Positions 48,055 to 60,598 of a DNA stretch of 64,000 bases are shown piece by piece. A program made the translations under genes and the position numbers. The notes below the pieces were generated by a model that worked only from the letters and a program-made list of their open reading frames with translations, had not been told where the DNA came from and made no database searches. Source of the stretch: an uncultured Chloroflexia bacterium (GTDB lineage Bacteria > Chloroflexota > Limnocylindria > Limnocylindrales > CSP1-4); contig CAWFND010000017.1 in assembly GCA_963817095.1 (NCBI GenBank), positions 230,451 to 294,450 on the forward strand, given 5' to 3'. Numbering within the stretch: position 1 is the first letter of the stretch; the number at the start of each line of letters is the position of its first letter.

Positions 48055-49835
48055 TCGAGCGGCCTGCCGGTGGCGCCCGATGGCACGGTCGGAGCGGTCA
48101 AGCCGCCAACATCCGAAGGCTCGGGCAGCGACGTCACACGTCCGATCGGCAGGAGCGCGGTGACGTTGGTGCCGCCGGTGAAGCGCTGCTCGATCGTCAG
48201 CTCGCCGCCGACCTCCGCCGCGCGTTCGTACATCGCCCGGGTCCCGACGCCGATCGCGCGGTCATCGACGCCGATCCCGTCGTCGTCGACCTCGATCCGG
48301 AGCTGATCGTGATCGATCGTGAGCCAGACGACGACCGTCCGGGCACCGGCATGACGGATCACGTTCGTCACCGCCTCGATGACGATCCGATAGGCGGCGA
48401 CCTCGATCCCGGCCGGGAGCTCCGGCAGGTCGTCGGCGATGAACTCGACGTCCGTCGGCCCGCCGACCGTCATCGACTCGACCTGTTGGCGCAGCCCCCC
48501 GACGAGCCCCAGCGTGTCGATCGCAGGTGGGCGCAGGTCCCGCGCCAGCCCCCGAACGTCCGTGAGGATCGCCCGGACGTCGCCGCGCATCTCGTCGAGG
48601 ATCGCGGCGGCGGCCGCGGGGTGGTCACCCGTCGCCGCTGCACGCGCCGCGTCGATCTTCAGCCCGAGCGCCGCGAGCGTCGGGCCGATGCCGTCGTGCA
48701 GCTCCCGCCGGAGTCGGAGCCGCTCCTCCTCGCGGGCGGCAACGATCCGGGCACGGCTCGTGACGAGGAGGTCGACCTGGAACAGGCGATCCCGCAGCAC
48801 CGCGAGCGCCAGGGCCGCGATCACGGGCAGGGCAAGGAGGGCGACGGCGCCGCGCGACGCGAGCGGCGGGCGACCGAGCGCGATCGGCAGGCTCGTGAGC
48901 AGGAGGATCGCCGCCGCGGCGACGAACAGCGTGACCGCGAGCAGCCGGACCTGCGAGCGTCGAGGGGCCGGCGTCCGCCGGTAGTCGGCGACGAGCGCGG
49001 CCAGGACCGCGACGATCATCGCCGAGACCAGCGCCGCGGTGAGCGGCCCGAGCCGCGCGAGCCAGGTCAGGGTATTGCCGCCGGCAAGCCATGCGACGAC
49101 CGCCCCGAGCAGGAGGGCACCGAGCGGCACGCCGTACACCAGGCCGATCGCCCGCGGCTCCCGGACGAGCCACCGGGCACGGACCGGATAGATGAGGAGC
49201 AGGTGCAGCAGGGCGGCCCAGAAGATCAGGCTGAACACGGCGGCGAACCCGAACGCATACAGGAACGGGGTCCGCGCGACGAGGTCGGTCGGCTGGAGTC
49301 CCGTCTCCCACGCGACGATGTCCGCGATGTCGCAGGCCACGGCGATCGCGATCAGACGCAGCGCCATGACCCGCGGCCGGCGGGCGACCAGCGTCAGGGC
49401 CAGGAGGATCGCGCCGAAGGCGAAGGCGACGAGGGCCACCGGCGCGCCACCGAGGCGCGAGACCGACAGGGGCTGGAGCGATGCCGTGATGGTCACCGGC
49501 TGGCCGTCGCGCAGGACCTCGACCTCGGCTGTCGAACCGAGCGGTCGCGACCCGAGGAGCCAGGGCGGTTCGAGCGCCTCGGTGGCCCAGTCAGCGAGCG
49601 GCCGTCCATCGACGGCGACGACGACGTCGCCGAGGCGGAACGCCGACGCCGCGTCGAAGGGCTGGACGCCCACGCCGTCGGCCGTCCACGGCCAGGCCTC
49701 GCTCGAGATGCCGGCGTCCTCGTTCGGGATCAGGAACCGGCTCGCGGCCATCGTCGCGATCGACAGGATGGCCGCGCCGCAGACGAGGACGACCGCCAGC
49801 CAGGCCGGATCGCGGACCGAACCGCCGAGCCTCAT
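48051..49835 (-). CDS. Membrane sensor histidine kinase (HisKA_3 type) with a PDZ-like N-terminal extracytoplasmic segment
   Basis: 594 aa. H-box RRELHDGIGPTLAAL, an ATPase region IVIEAVTNVIRHAGA, many TM helices, and a PDZ-like stretch GDVVVAVDGRPLADW...EVEVLRDGQPVTITA. Confidence 0.88.
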   Translation of the reverse strand: MRLGGSVRDPAWLAVVLVCGAAILSIATMAASRFLIPNEDAGISSEAWPWTADGVGVQPFDAASAFRLGDVVVAVDGRPLADWATEALEPPWLLGSRPLGSTAEVEVLRDGQPVTITASLQPLSVSRLGGAPVALVAFAFGAILLALTLVARRPRVMALRLIAIAVACDIADIVAWETGLQPTDLVARTPFLYAFGFAAVFSLIFWAALLHLLLIYPVRARWLVREPRAIGLVYGVPLGALLLGAVVAWLAGGNTLTWLARLGPLTAALVSAMIVAVLAALVADYRRTPAPRRSQVRLLAVTLFVAAAAILLLTSLPIALGRPPLASRGAVALLALPVIAALALAVLRDRLFQVDLLVTSRARIVAAREEERLRLRRELHDGIGPTLAALGLKIDAARAAATGDHPAAAAAILDEMRGDVRAILTDVRGLARDLRPPAIDTLGLVGGLRQQVESMTVGGPTDVEFIADDLPELPAGIEVAAYRIVIEAVTNVIRHAGARTVVVWLTIDHDQLRIEVDDDGIGVDDRAIGVGTRAMYERAAEVGGELTIEQRFTGGTNVTALLPIGRVTSLPEPSDVGGLTAPTVPSGATGRPLE

Positions 49836-49914
49836 CGTGCCGACGTGCCCCTCATGCGACGGACCGGAGCCAGCATACGGGCACGAGGTAGCGAATCCGC
49901 CGGCGAAAGTGCGT

Positions 49915-49930
49915 TAGAACGTCTGTGCGA
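49915..49930. promoter_or_regulatory. Degenerate LexA-box-like sequence upstream of uvrA
   Basis: TAGAACGTCTGTGCGA reads GAAC-N4-GTGC, one mismatch to the GAAC-N4-GTTC core. It lies 32 bp upstream of the uvrA ATG (49962). Confidence 0.3.
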
Positions 49931-49961
49931 TTTCCCGCCGATCGCGTAGACTTGCGTCGAG

Positions 49962-53026
<3,065 letters not shown>

Positions 53027-53079
53027 GCGTCCACCGGTCTCGACGCCGGGCAATCGCCCGTCGATCGTCACCGGCTACG

Positions 53080-53493
53080 ATGCCCGCGATGCCCGACATC
53101 GAGTTCGCCTTCCTCGCCGACGCCGCGGAGACCCAGCCCGGGCAGAAGTTCCACGTGCTGGGCGGCGGCGTCTCGAGGATCGGCGGGCGGACGTTCCCAC
53201 TCCGCCACGCGCACCTCGCCCTCGTCCTGGGCCTGCTCGTCACGGCGCCCGAAGTCGACCACGAGCACCAGGTGCGGTTCGTCCTCCTCGACCCGGACGG
53301 CGCCGAGGTCGCCGGCGGCACGGGCAACCTCGTCGCCCGCGGCCACGGGGACGGGCGTGACGCGGTCCTGACGTTCTCGATCGACCTGTGGAACCTGACC
53401 TTCGCGACGCCCGGCGACTACTCGTTCCGGATCCTTGTCAACGGCTCGGAGCGGAAGCGGTTGCCGCTCCTGATCACGGCGCCGGATGCCTGA
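53080..53493 (+). CDS. Small conserved-looking hypothetical protein (about 135 aa)
   Basis: It is the in-frame tail of ORF 51670-53493, after the uvrA stop in another frame. Start is ATG 53080 or 53089. [31 protein letters not shown]...[21 protein letters not shown] has a beta-rich, non-low-complexity composition. Confidence 0.55.
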   Translation: MPAMPDIEFAFLADAAETQPGQKFHVLGGGVSRIGGRTFPLRHAHLALVLGLLVTAPEVDHEHQVRFVLLDPDGAEVAGGTGNLVARGHGDGRDAVLTFSIDLWNLTFATPGDYSFRILVNGSERKRLPLLITAPDA

Positions 53494-53842
53494 CGACGCC
53501 CGCCCGACGACCCTCGTCCGCCGGACCGGCAGCCACGGCCCTCTCCGTCACGAGATGCCGGTCGTCGACGAGGCCGCCCTGACCGCCGCCCGACAGGTGG
53601 ACCTCGTCATCGCCGCCGCCCGCGAGCGCGGCCAGGAGCGGTGGCTCGCCTACTTCGAGCCGATGGCTGACCGTCTTCGCGACGACGAGCCGCGCGGCCT
53701 CCGTCAGGTCGCGATGCGGGCCCGAGCCGCGTTCGGGCCGAAGGATTCCGTTCGCGACGTGCTGCCGGAATCGGTGACCGAGCCGTTCCTCGATTCGATC
53801 GACCGGCTGCTCAAGCAGCTGAACCGGCGGGAGATCGGCTAG
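53486..53842 (+). CDS. Hypothetical protein
   Basis: 118-aa ORF overlapping the previous gene by 8 nt. It is helical-looking ([41 protein letters not shown]). I recognised no motif. Confidence 0.4.
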   Translation: MPDDARPTTLVRRTGSHGPLRHEMPVVDEAALTAARQVDLVIAAARERGQERWLAYFEPMADRLRDDEPRGLRQVAMRARAAFGPKDSVRDVLPESVTEPFLDSIDRLLKQLNRREIG

Positions 53843-53867
53843 TCGGCCAGCAACGTCGGCGGACGCG

Positions 53868-54456
53868 TCAGGCCGGCATGTCGTCGGGCGGCTGCGTCGC
53901 CTCCCACTCGCCGCGGAGGATCGACATCCGGAACAGGTCCCGGTAGCGACCGTGCCGGAAGATCGCGTGCCGGGATACGCCCTCATCGACGAACCCGACC
54001 CGCTGGTAGACGCGCCGCGCGCCCGGGTTGTAGTCGTAGACGTCGAGCCAGACCCGCTCGAGCCGCAGGTTGCCGAAGCTGAACTCGAGCAGCGCCCTCA
54101 GCATGTCCGACCCGTACCCGCGTCCCCGGTCGGCCGCCTGGCCGACGGAGATCCCGAGGCCCGCGCTGCCGTTCTGGAGGTCGAGATCGAACAACCCGAT
54201 CGTGCCGATCGGCCGGTCGTCCTCCAGCAGGCATGCGACGAAGTGGTAGCCGCTCTTGCCCCTGCTCCGCGACGGCGTTCTCGAACCAGCGCTCCTCGAT
54301 CGGGATCGACAGTGGCGAGCGGACGGCGAGGGTTCGCGACGTCGCATGGTCGTTGAACCAGCGGACGAACAACGGGATGTCCTCCCGTTCGGCCGGCCGG
54401 AGATAGACCGAGCCATGGGCGATCATCGGCTCGGTTCCGTCCCGTCGCGTGGGCAT
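53868..54456 (-). CDS. GNAT family N-acetyltransferase (RimJ/RimL-like), interrupted by an apparent +1 insertion
   Basis: The N-terminal piece (MIAHGSVYLRPAEREDIPLFVRWFND...ENAVAEQG) is in ORF 53983-54456. The C-terminal piece (KSGYHFVACLLEDDRPIGTIGLFDLD...RGRGYGSDMLRALLEFSF...) is in ORF 53868-54416. They join at the CCCC run 54259-54262. The span is 3n+1. The start may be ATG 54426. Confidence 0.8.
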
Positions 54457-54464
54457 GCGGCAGT

Positions 54465-56169
54465 CTAGGCCCGCCCCTCCGCCGCCGGCAGGCCGAGCTC
54501 GTCCGGGTCGAAGGCCTCCAGCAGGAACCGTGACGGGGTCGTCGGGTCATAGACGAGCGTGAGCGATCGGCGGGCACGCGTCCAGGCGACGTAGGCGAGC
54601 CGGCGCTCCTCCTCGAGCGCGCGGTCGGGATCAGGCGCGTCGGCGAGCGAGCGAGCGCTCGGGAACCGACCGACATCGAGCCCGATCACCGCCACATGGT
54701 CGAACTCGAGCCCCTTGGTCGCGTGTGCGGTCGCGAACGTGAGCGACGCGTCGTCGCTGCACAGCCGCGCAAGGTCGGCCCGCCGCCCCTCGATCGCGAT
54801 CCGCAGCTCTTCGAGGGTCGCGAACGGCGCGGCCCAGGCAAGGACGCTTCGGGCCACGTCAGCAGGGGTCGCGGCATCCGGATCGGCCGATGCGTCCGGA
54901 GGTGCCGAGGCCCAGCGAGCCCGCACCGCCTCGAGCCGGGCGAGGAGAGGCTCCGTCCCGCCGGCCGCGTCCGGGGCGACTTCCGCGAGGCAGGCATCGA
55001 CATGCCGCGATCCCATCAGCAGCTCGATCGGCGGCGGACGGAACGGGACGCGCCAGCTCCAGCGCGACTGCGATCGCCGGAAGGAGCTCGCGGTTCGTCC
55101 GGGCGAGGATCGCGCGGGATCCGTCGTCGATGGGCCAGCGCTCGAGGACGCGCGCCATCCGGACCGGCTCGTCCGACCCGTCGCCCGCGAGGATGATCGA
55201 ACCCGCCGCGTTCGGCCGCGACCGGACCGTCTTCGCGAACCGCGCGGCATTGTGCTCGATCAGCCGGACGGCCCGCTGGACGACCGTCGACGGACAGCGG
55301 TAGTTGACGATCAGGTCGACGCGTCGGAGTCCGGGAAGCGCGTCCGCGAGCGCAAGCACGCGCCGGACGTCGGCGAGCCGCCAGCCGTAGATCGACTGGT
55401 CGTCGTCGCCGACAAGGAAGATCCGGTTGGCGGGGGCGGCGAGGAGGAGCGCCAGCCGGAGCTGGGCCCGGTCCAGGTCCTGCGCCTCGTCGACGACGAG
55501 GTCGGTTGCTCGCGCCCGCCACCGGGAGAGCAACGTCTCGTCGGTCTCGAGCCGTCGAAGCGATCGGGCCACGAGATCGTCGAAGTCGAGGCCACCATCG
55601 GCGGCGAGCTCGGCCTCGTACGCGAGGAAGGCACGCGCGATCGCGCCGGGCTCGGGATCCGTCGAGACTTCCGCGGCGGTCACGCAGACGTCGAGCTTGA
55701 GTCGCGAGAAAGCCGTGTCGAGGTTGTGCCAGCCTGACGAGCCCAGGTCCGGCGCGATTCGGCGCAGCACCTCGAGCCGATCGATCAGCGGCTCGACCCG
55801 CTCGCCGGCGTCGCGAAGGATCTCCAATCCGAGCGCGTGGAAGGTTCGAACTCGAACCGCGCCGGCACGCAGTCCCAGCGGCGCGAGGGCCGCCGTCAGC
55901 CGCTCACCGAGCTCCTCGGCCGCTCGCCGGTTGAAGGTGATCGCGACAATCGCGTCCGGCGTCGCGGCGCCCGATGCGATCAGCCAGGCGACCCGCGCGA
56001 CGAGCGTCGTCGTCTTTCCGGAGCCTGCCGGCGCGACGCACAGGATCGGCCCGGGCGACGCGGTAGCCGCGGCACGCTGATCGGGAGCGAGGCGATCGAG
56101 CCGGTCGGCGGCCGAAGGGTGGAGCTCCACTCGAACAACGATGCAGTGGCGCGCTGCACGGTGACTCAT
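54465..56169 (-). CDS. UvrD/Rep-family (superfamily 1) DNA helicase, short form, interrupted by an apparent +1 insertion
   Basis: ORF 54859-56169 carries motif [10 protein letters not shown], motif II VVDEAQD, motif [15 protein letters not shown] and motif IV NYRC. ORF 54465-55250 carries [18 protein letters not shown] and [11 protein letters not shown]. The frame change is near 55048-55053. The span is 1705 nt (3n+1). Confidence 0.85.
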
Positions 56170-56253
56170 CGACGAGTCGATTGCGAGTCACCGGGAGACG
56201 GGACGCGGTGGTAGCCACAGCTCTGTTCAATCGCTCTGGCCGCCGCCGGTATT

Positions 56254-56652
56254 TCAGCCGTCGAAGATCGCGTCCCATCCGGCCATGTCCTCGGGGTAGA
56301 ACCACCGCTCGACCTGCTGCCCGTCGCGAAAGTGGAACACGCTCGTCACTCTGATCTCGATTTCCACCCCTGGTCGCCGGGCGCCGATGCAGCTCAGAGC
56401 ACAGACGTGCTCGTCGTTGCCGAGCACGTCGTGCTCCCGGATGGTGAAGCCGAGCTCGTTGAGTCGGCCGAGCCAGGTGACGAGCTCGTCGAGACCACGG
56501 ATCTCTCCTGCCATCGAGTTCCGACCGGGCACATGCCAGACGACGTCCACGGCGACGAGCGACCGGATCGCGTCGAAATCTCGGTCGCGGAACGCATCGA
56601 CCGTCCTCCGGTAGGCGGTCGCATTCGGATGCTCTCCGATGGTCATCGTCAT
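56254..56652 (-). CDS. SnoaL-like / nuclear transport factor 2 family protein
   Basis: 132 aa preceded by AGGAGA. The pattern ...FDAIRSLVAVDVVWHVPG...ITSVFHFRDGQ-type is typical of the NTF2-like fold. Confidence 0.72.
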   Translation of the reverse strand: MTMTIGEHPNATAYRRTVDAFRDRDFDAIRSLVAVDVVWHVPGRNSMAGEIRGLDELVTWLGRLNELGFTIREHDVLGNDEHVCALSCIGARRPGVEIEIRVTSVFHFRDGQQVERWFYPEDMAGWDAIFDG

Positions 56653-57076
56653 TCTCCTGTCCGCGTTTGACGCGCAGCCATCTGTCCGATGCGACCGGAC
56701 GCCTGCTGGACCGTAAGCCCTCGCCTGGTGGAGCCATCGTCGGTCGGGCGTGATACGACCAGATGGACGTCAAACGCAACCTCGGCTCATCGACAACTGG
56801 ACGACGCCGCTGCCCGCATGCACCAGGGCATTCATTGCATCGCGCTCGGGAGCTGCCGAGGCATGTGGGGGACCCGAAGTCCCGCCGAGGTGGCTGGTAA
56901 CGACCGGGCGGACTGCCGCGGTATGGGCGTGGACGCACCGGCGGGGCGGTACTCCTGGGCGGCGCACGGCGTCACCGAAATGGCCGAATCGGCCATCGAC
57001 GGCCCGGACCCGGCACCCGACGATCCTGCTCCGGTCGCGCTGTGGCCGGACTCCGACTGCCTAGGAGTCGACGTCG

Positions 57077-58564
57077 ATGCGTCTCACCCTCGCCAGACGA
57101 GCCATCGTGGCCGCGGCGGCAATCACCCTCCTCACCGTGCCCACCGTCGCCGCCGAAAGCGTCAGCGCCGACGGCGATGCCGCCACCATCGGGACCCAGG
57201 ACACGATCGATCTCGGGACCGTCTCGCCCGGCGAGGACGTCCCGTACTACGTCTACTTCGTCGTGTCCTGTTCCGGGACGAACCATGTGGACGCGAACCA
57301 GTCGGTCCGGCTGTCGCCCGGCACCCGGTCCGTGCCGTCCGGTGGCGGATTTCAGCGTCGGGACCCTGAGCTTCCAGCTGCCGAGCGGCTGGCCGGTCGA
57401 CGGCGCCGCCTGCCCGACCGACCTGGACCCCTACGTGGCCGGCCCGCTCTACATCGTCCTGACCGCGCCGATGACCGAGGGTCTCGACTACCACTACCGG
57501 TTCTCGTGGAACCGAGCGGTCACGCCGGCGAGCGCGAATGACTCCGGGCTCTTCTCCGGCACGAATCCGACGATCAACTTCGTCCTCGACGTCGCCACGC
57601 CGCCGCCGTCGAACACGCCGCCGTCGCTCCAGCTCCCGGCCGACTCGACGGTCGAGGGCAACACGACCGGCGGCGCCACCGCGGCCTACACGGTCGCCGC
57701 GACCGATCCCGAGGACGCCGTCGATCCGACGCCTGTCTGCAGCCCGGCCGTCGGGGCCCTCCTCCCGCTGGGGACGACGACCGTCAACTGCACCGCGACC
57801 GACAGCGGGTCGCTCAGCGCGAGCGGCTCCTTCGCGATCACCGTGGTCGACACGACCGCCCCGTCGCTGGCCGGGATGCCGGCCGACGTCAACCTGACGA
57901 CGTCGGACTCGTCCGCGCCCCTGACCTACGTCTCACCCACCGCTTCGGACGTGGTCGACGCGTCGCCGACGGTCGGATGCCTCCCGGCGTCCGGATCGTC
58001 GGTGCCGGTGGGGGACACCACGGTGACCTGCACCGCACGCGACGCGAGCGGCAACAGCGCGTCGGCGTCGTTCATTGCGCACGTCGCCTTCGTCGCGCCG
58101 CCACCGCCTCCGGTCACGGATCCACCGCCTCCGGTCACGGACCCGCCTCCGGTCACGGACCCGCCCCCGCCCGTCGTCCCGCCGACCAATCCGCCGGTCG
58201 ACCCGCCCGCGCCCGGTGCCGGACACGCCTGGTGGGAGCAGCCGATCCGCGGCACCGGAACTGTCGTCGTCCATGGCGCCCGGACCCTCCCGGTCAAAGT
58301 CCGGCTGACGCTCGACGGGAAGGCCGTGAAGAGCGGCCAGGTCGTCCTCACCGTCGCGCCGTGCGCGGGGGAGGCTCTCCGCGAACGCTGACGCTGCACC
58401 GTCAGGCCAACGGACGCTGGATGGGCCATCTCTGGCTCGGCGGCCTCAAGCCCGCGTGCTACCAGGCGGTCCTGACGGTGGATGGACAGGCCTTCGGCGG
58501 CTTCACGCTCGACGTTCGAGGGCACGGACCGTACAAGTCGGGGAAGGGCTCCCCGAAGCACTGA
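57077..58564 (+). CDS. Secreted HYR-domain protein with a Pro-rich repeat linker, interrupted by two frameshifts (+1 and -1)
   Basis: AGGAG lies 10 nt before ATG 57077. Signal peptide MRLTLARRAIVAAAAITLLTVPTVAAES. ORF 57042-58391 carries two HYR-like modules (ATAAYTVAATDPEDAVDPTPVCSP...TTVNCTATD and LTYVSPTASDVVDASPTVGCLP...TTVTCTARD). ORF 57977-58564 supplies the C-terminus. Frame changes are near 57335-57345 and at the G5 run 58367-58371. The span is exactly 3n. Confidence 0.75.
58101..58160 (+). repeat. Tandem 21/21/18-nt repeat coding PPPPVTD-PPPPVTD-PPPVTD
   Basis: CCACCGCCTCCGGTCACGGAT, CCACCGCCTCCGGTCACGGAC and CCGCCTCCGGTCACGGAC, read directly from the sequence. Confidence 0.85.
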
Positions 58565-58575
58565 AGCATGCATCG

Positions 58576-58612
58576 GCGGCGGCCCGACGACGGGGACACG
58601 TCCGGCCGCCGC
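58576..58612 (+). terminator. Strong GC hairpin after the HYR-protein gene (possible terminator, no U-tract)
   Basis: GCGGCGGCCCGACG / CGTCCGGCCGCCGC forms 9 bp, one mismatch, then 4 bp. The loop is 9 nt. It begins 12 nt after the stop at 58564. Confidence 0.4.
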
Positions 58613-58743
58613 ACTCAAGTGGGGGGATCGCGCCCTGTCCTCGGCACCGGTCGCAGGGCCGGCGTCGTGGCGCTTCCCCACATTCCTGCTTGCTCGCCGA
58701 TGTTCCTGCCGCGCCCTGACGCAGCGTGCCCTAGCATCGAGGG

Positions 58744-60594
58744 GTGACCCCCGACCTCCAGGCGACCCTCCGCAAGCTTCCTGACCGACCCGGCGTCTAC
58801 CTCATGCGCGATGCCCGAGGCGAGGTCGTCTACGTCGGCAAGGCGCAGAGCCTGAAGAACCGCGTCCGGAGCTACTGGCAGAAGGCGACGCCGATCGGGG
58901 AGCAGCACCGGATCCGCTCCGTCATCGACCGGATCGTGGATGTCGAGTACACCATCACCGACTCCGTGAGCGAGGCACTCCTCCTCGAAGCGAACCTCAT
59001 CAAGCGGTACCGGCCGCGGTTCAACGTCCGCCTCAAGGACGACAAGAGCTACCCGTACATCAAGATCACGATGACCGACGACTTTCCGCGGGTCGAGCGG
59101 ACGCGCAAGCTCGTCCAGGACGGGAGCCGGTACTTCGGGCCGTATGCCTCGGCGAGCTCCGTCGACGAATCGATGAACCTCGTCCGGCGCCTGTTCCCGT
59201 TCCGGACCTGCACGATCGACATCCGCGACGGCGAGCGGGCGCTCGCCCGGCCCTGTCTGCTCTTTCACATCAAGCGCTGCCAGGGCCCCTGCATCGAGGC
59301 CGTGTCGAAAGCCGACTACGGCACCCAGATCGAGCAGATCCAGCTGTTCCTCGAGGGCCGCCAGGAATCGGTCGTGCGCGCCCTGTCGAAGGAGATGCAA
59401 GCCGCATCCGAGCAGACGCAGTACGAGCGGGCGGCGACGATCCGGGACAAGATCCGGGCGATCGAGCGGACGATGGAGAGCCAGAAGATGGCCGCGTTCA
59501 AGCGTACCGAGCTGGACCTCGTCGGGCTGGCGCGGCAGGACAACCAGGCCGCGATCCAGCTGTTCGCGATCCGGAACGGGAAGATGATCGGGCGGGACGT
59601 GTTCCTCCTCGACGCGGTCCGCGAGGCGCCCGACGAGGAGGTCCTGTCGAGCTTCCTCGAGCAGTTCTACGCCCGCGCCACCTCTGTGCCGCCGTCCCTG
59701 CTCGTGCCCTTCGCCCTCCCGGACGCCACCGACCTGGAGGCGTTCCTCGCCTCTCGGCGCGGCGGCCCGGTCCACCTCGCTGTCCCGCAGCGCGGCGAGA
59801 AGCGCGAGCTGATGGCGCTCGCAACCCGGAATGCCGCCGAGACGCTTGCCCGGGAGCAGGCGCGATGGCTCGCCGACGAAGGGAAGACGCTGGGCGCCCT
59901 CGAGGAGCTCGCGGAGGCGCTTGGCCTGCCCGGACCGCCGCTCCGCATCGAGTGCTACGACATCTCGAACGTCCAGGGGTCGGACTCCGTCGGGAGCATG
60001 GTCGTGTTCGAGGAGGGCCGGCCTCGACCCGGCGAGTACCGACGCTTCAAGATCCGGACGGTCGTCGGCGCCAACGACTTCGCGTCGCACCAGGAGGTGC
60101 TGCGACGCCGGTTCCGCCGGGCGAAGGCCGGGGACGAGGGCGCGGAGGAGGCGCTCCGCTGGGCGATGCCGGACCTCGTGATCATCGACGGTGGTCGCGG
60201 GCAGGTGAGCGCCGCGAAGACGGTCCTCGACGAGCTGGGCCTCCATGACCTGCCGATGGCCGGGCTGGCTAAGGAGCGCGAGGAGCTGTTCCTGCCGGGG
60301 ACGTCGGTGCCGATCGTGCTGCCGGCGACGTCGGCGGCGCTGTACCTGGTCCAGCGGTTGCGCGACGAAGCCCACCGGTTCGCGATCACCTATCACCGCG
60401 ACCTGCGTGCGAAGCGCCAGACCCACTCCGCGTTCGACGACCTTCCGGGCGTCGGCCCGAAGCGCCGGCGCGCACTCCTCCGGGTGTTCGGGTCGGCCAA
60501 GCGGGTTCGGGACGCGCCGGTCGAGCAGATCGCGGCCGTCCCGGGGATCGGGCCGGCCCTCGCCGAGCGAATCAAGGCGACCCTCGAGGGCTAG
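58744..60594 (+). CDS. uvrC: Excinuclease ABC subunit C
   Basis: 616 aa with a GTG start. GIY-YIG domain (PGVYLMRDARGEVVYVGKA), UVR domain (YERAATIRDKIRAI), endonuclease V-like domain and a C-terminal (HhH)2 (LPGVGPKRRRALL...VPGIGPALAERI). Confidence 0.95.
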   Translation: MTPDLQATLRKLPDRPGVYLMRDARGEVVYVGKAQSLKNRVRSYWQKATPIGEQHRIRSVIDRIVDVEYTITDSVSEALLLEANLIKRYRPRFNVRLKDDKSYPYIKITMTDDFPRVERTRKLVQDGSRYFGPYASASSVDESMNLVRRLFPFRTCTIDIRDGERALARPCLLFHIKRCQGPCIEAVSKADYGTQIEQIQLFLEGRQESVVRALSKEMQAASEQTQYERAATIRDKIRAIERTMESQKMAAFKRTELDLVGLARQDNQAAIQLFAIRNGKMIGRDVFLLDAVREAPDEEVLSSFLEQFYARATSVPPSLLVPFALPDATDLEAFLASRRGGPVHLAVPQRGEKRELMALATRNAAETLAREQARWLADEGKTLGALEELAEALGLPGPPLRIECYDISNVQGSDSVGSMVVFEEGRPRPGEYRRFKIRTVVGANDFASHQEVLRRRFRRAKAGDEGAEEALRWAMPDLVIIDGGRGQVSAAKTVLDELGLHDLPMAGLAKEREELFLPGTSVPIVLPATSAALYLVQRLRDEAHRFAITYHRDLRAKRQTHSAFDDLPGVGPKRRRALLRVFGSAKRVRDAPVEQIAAVPGIGPALAERIKATLEG

Positions 60595-60598
60595 ATCA

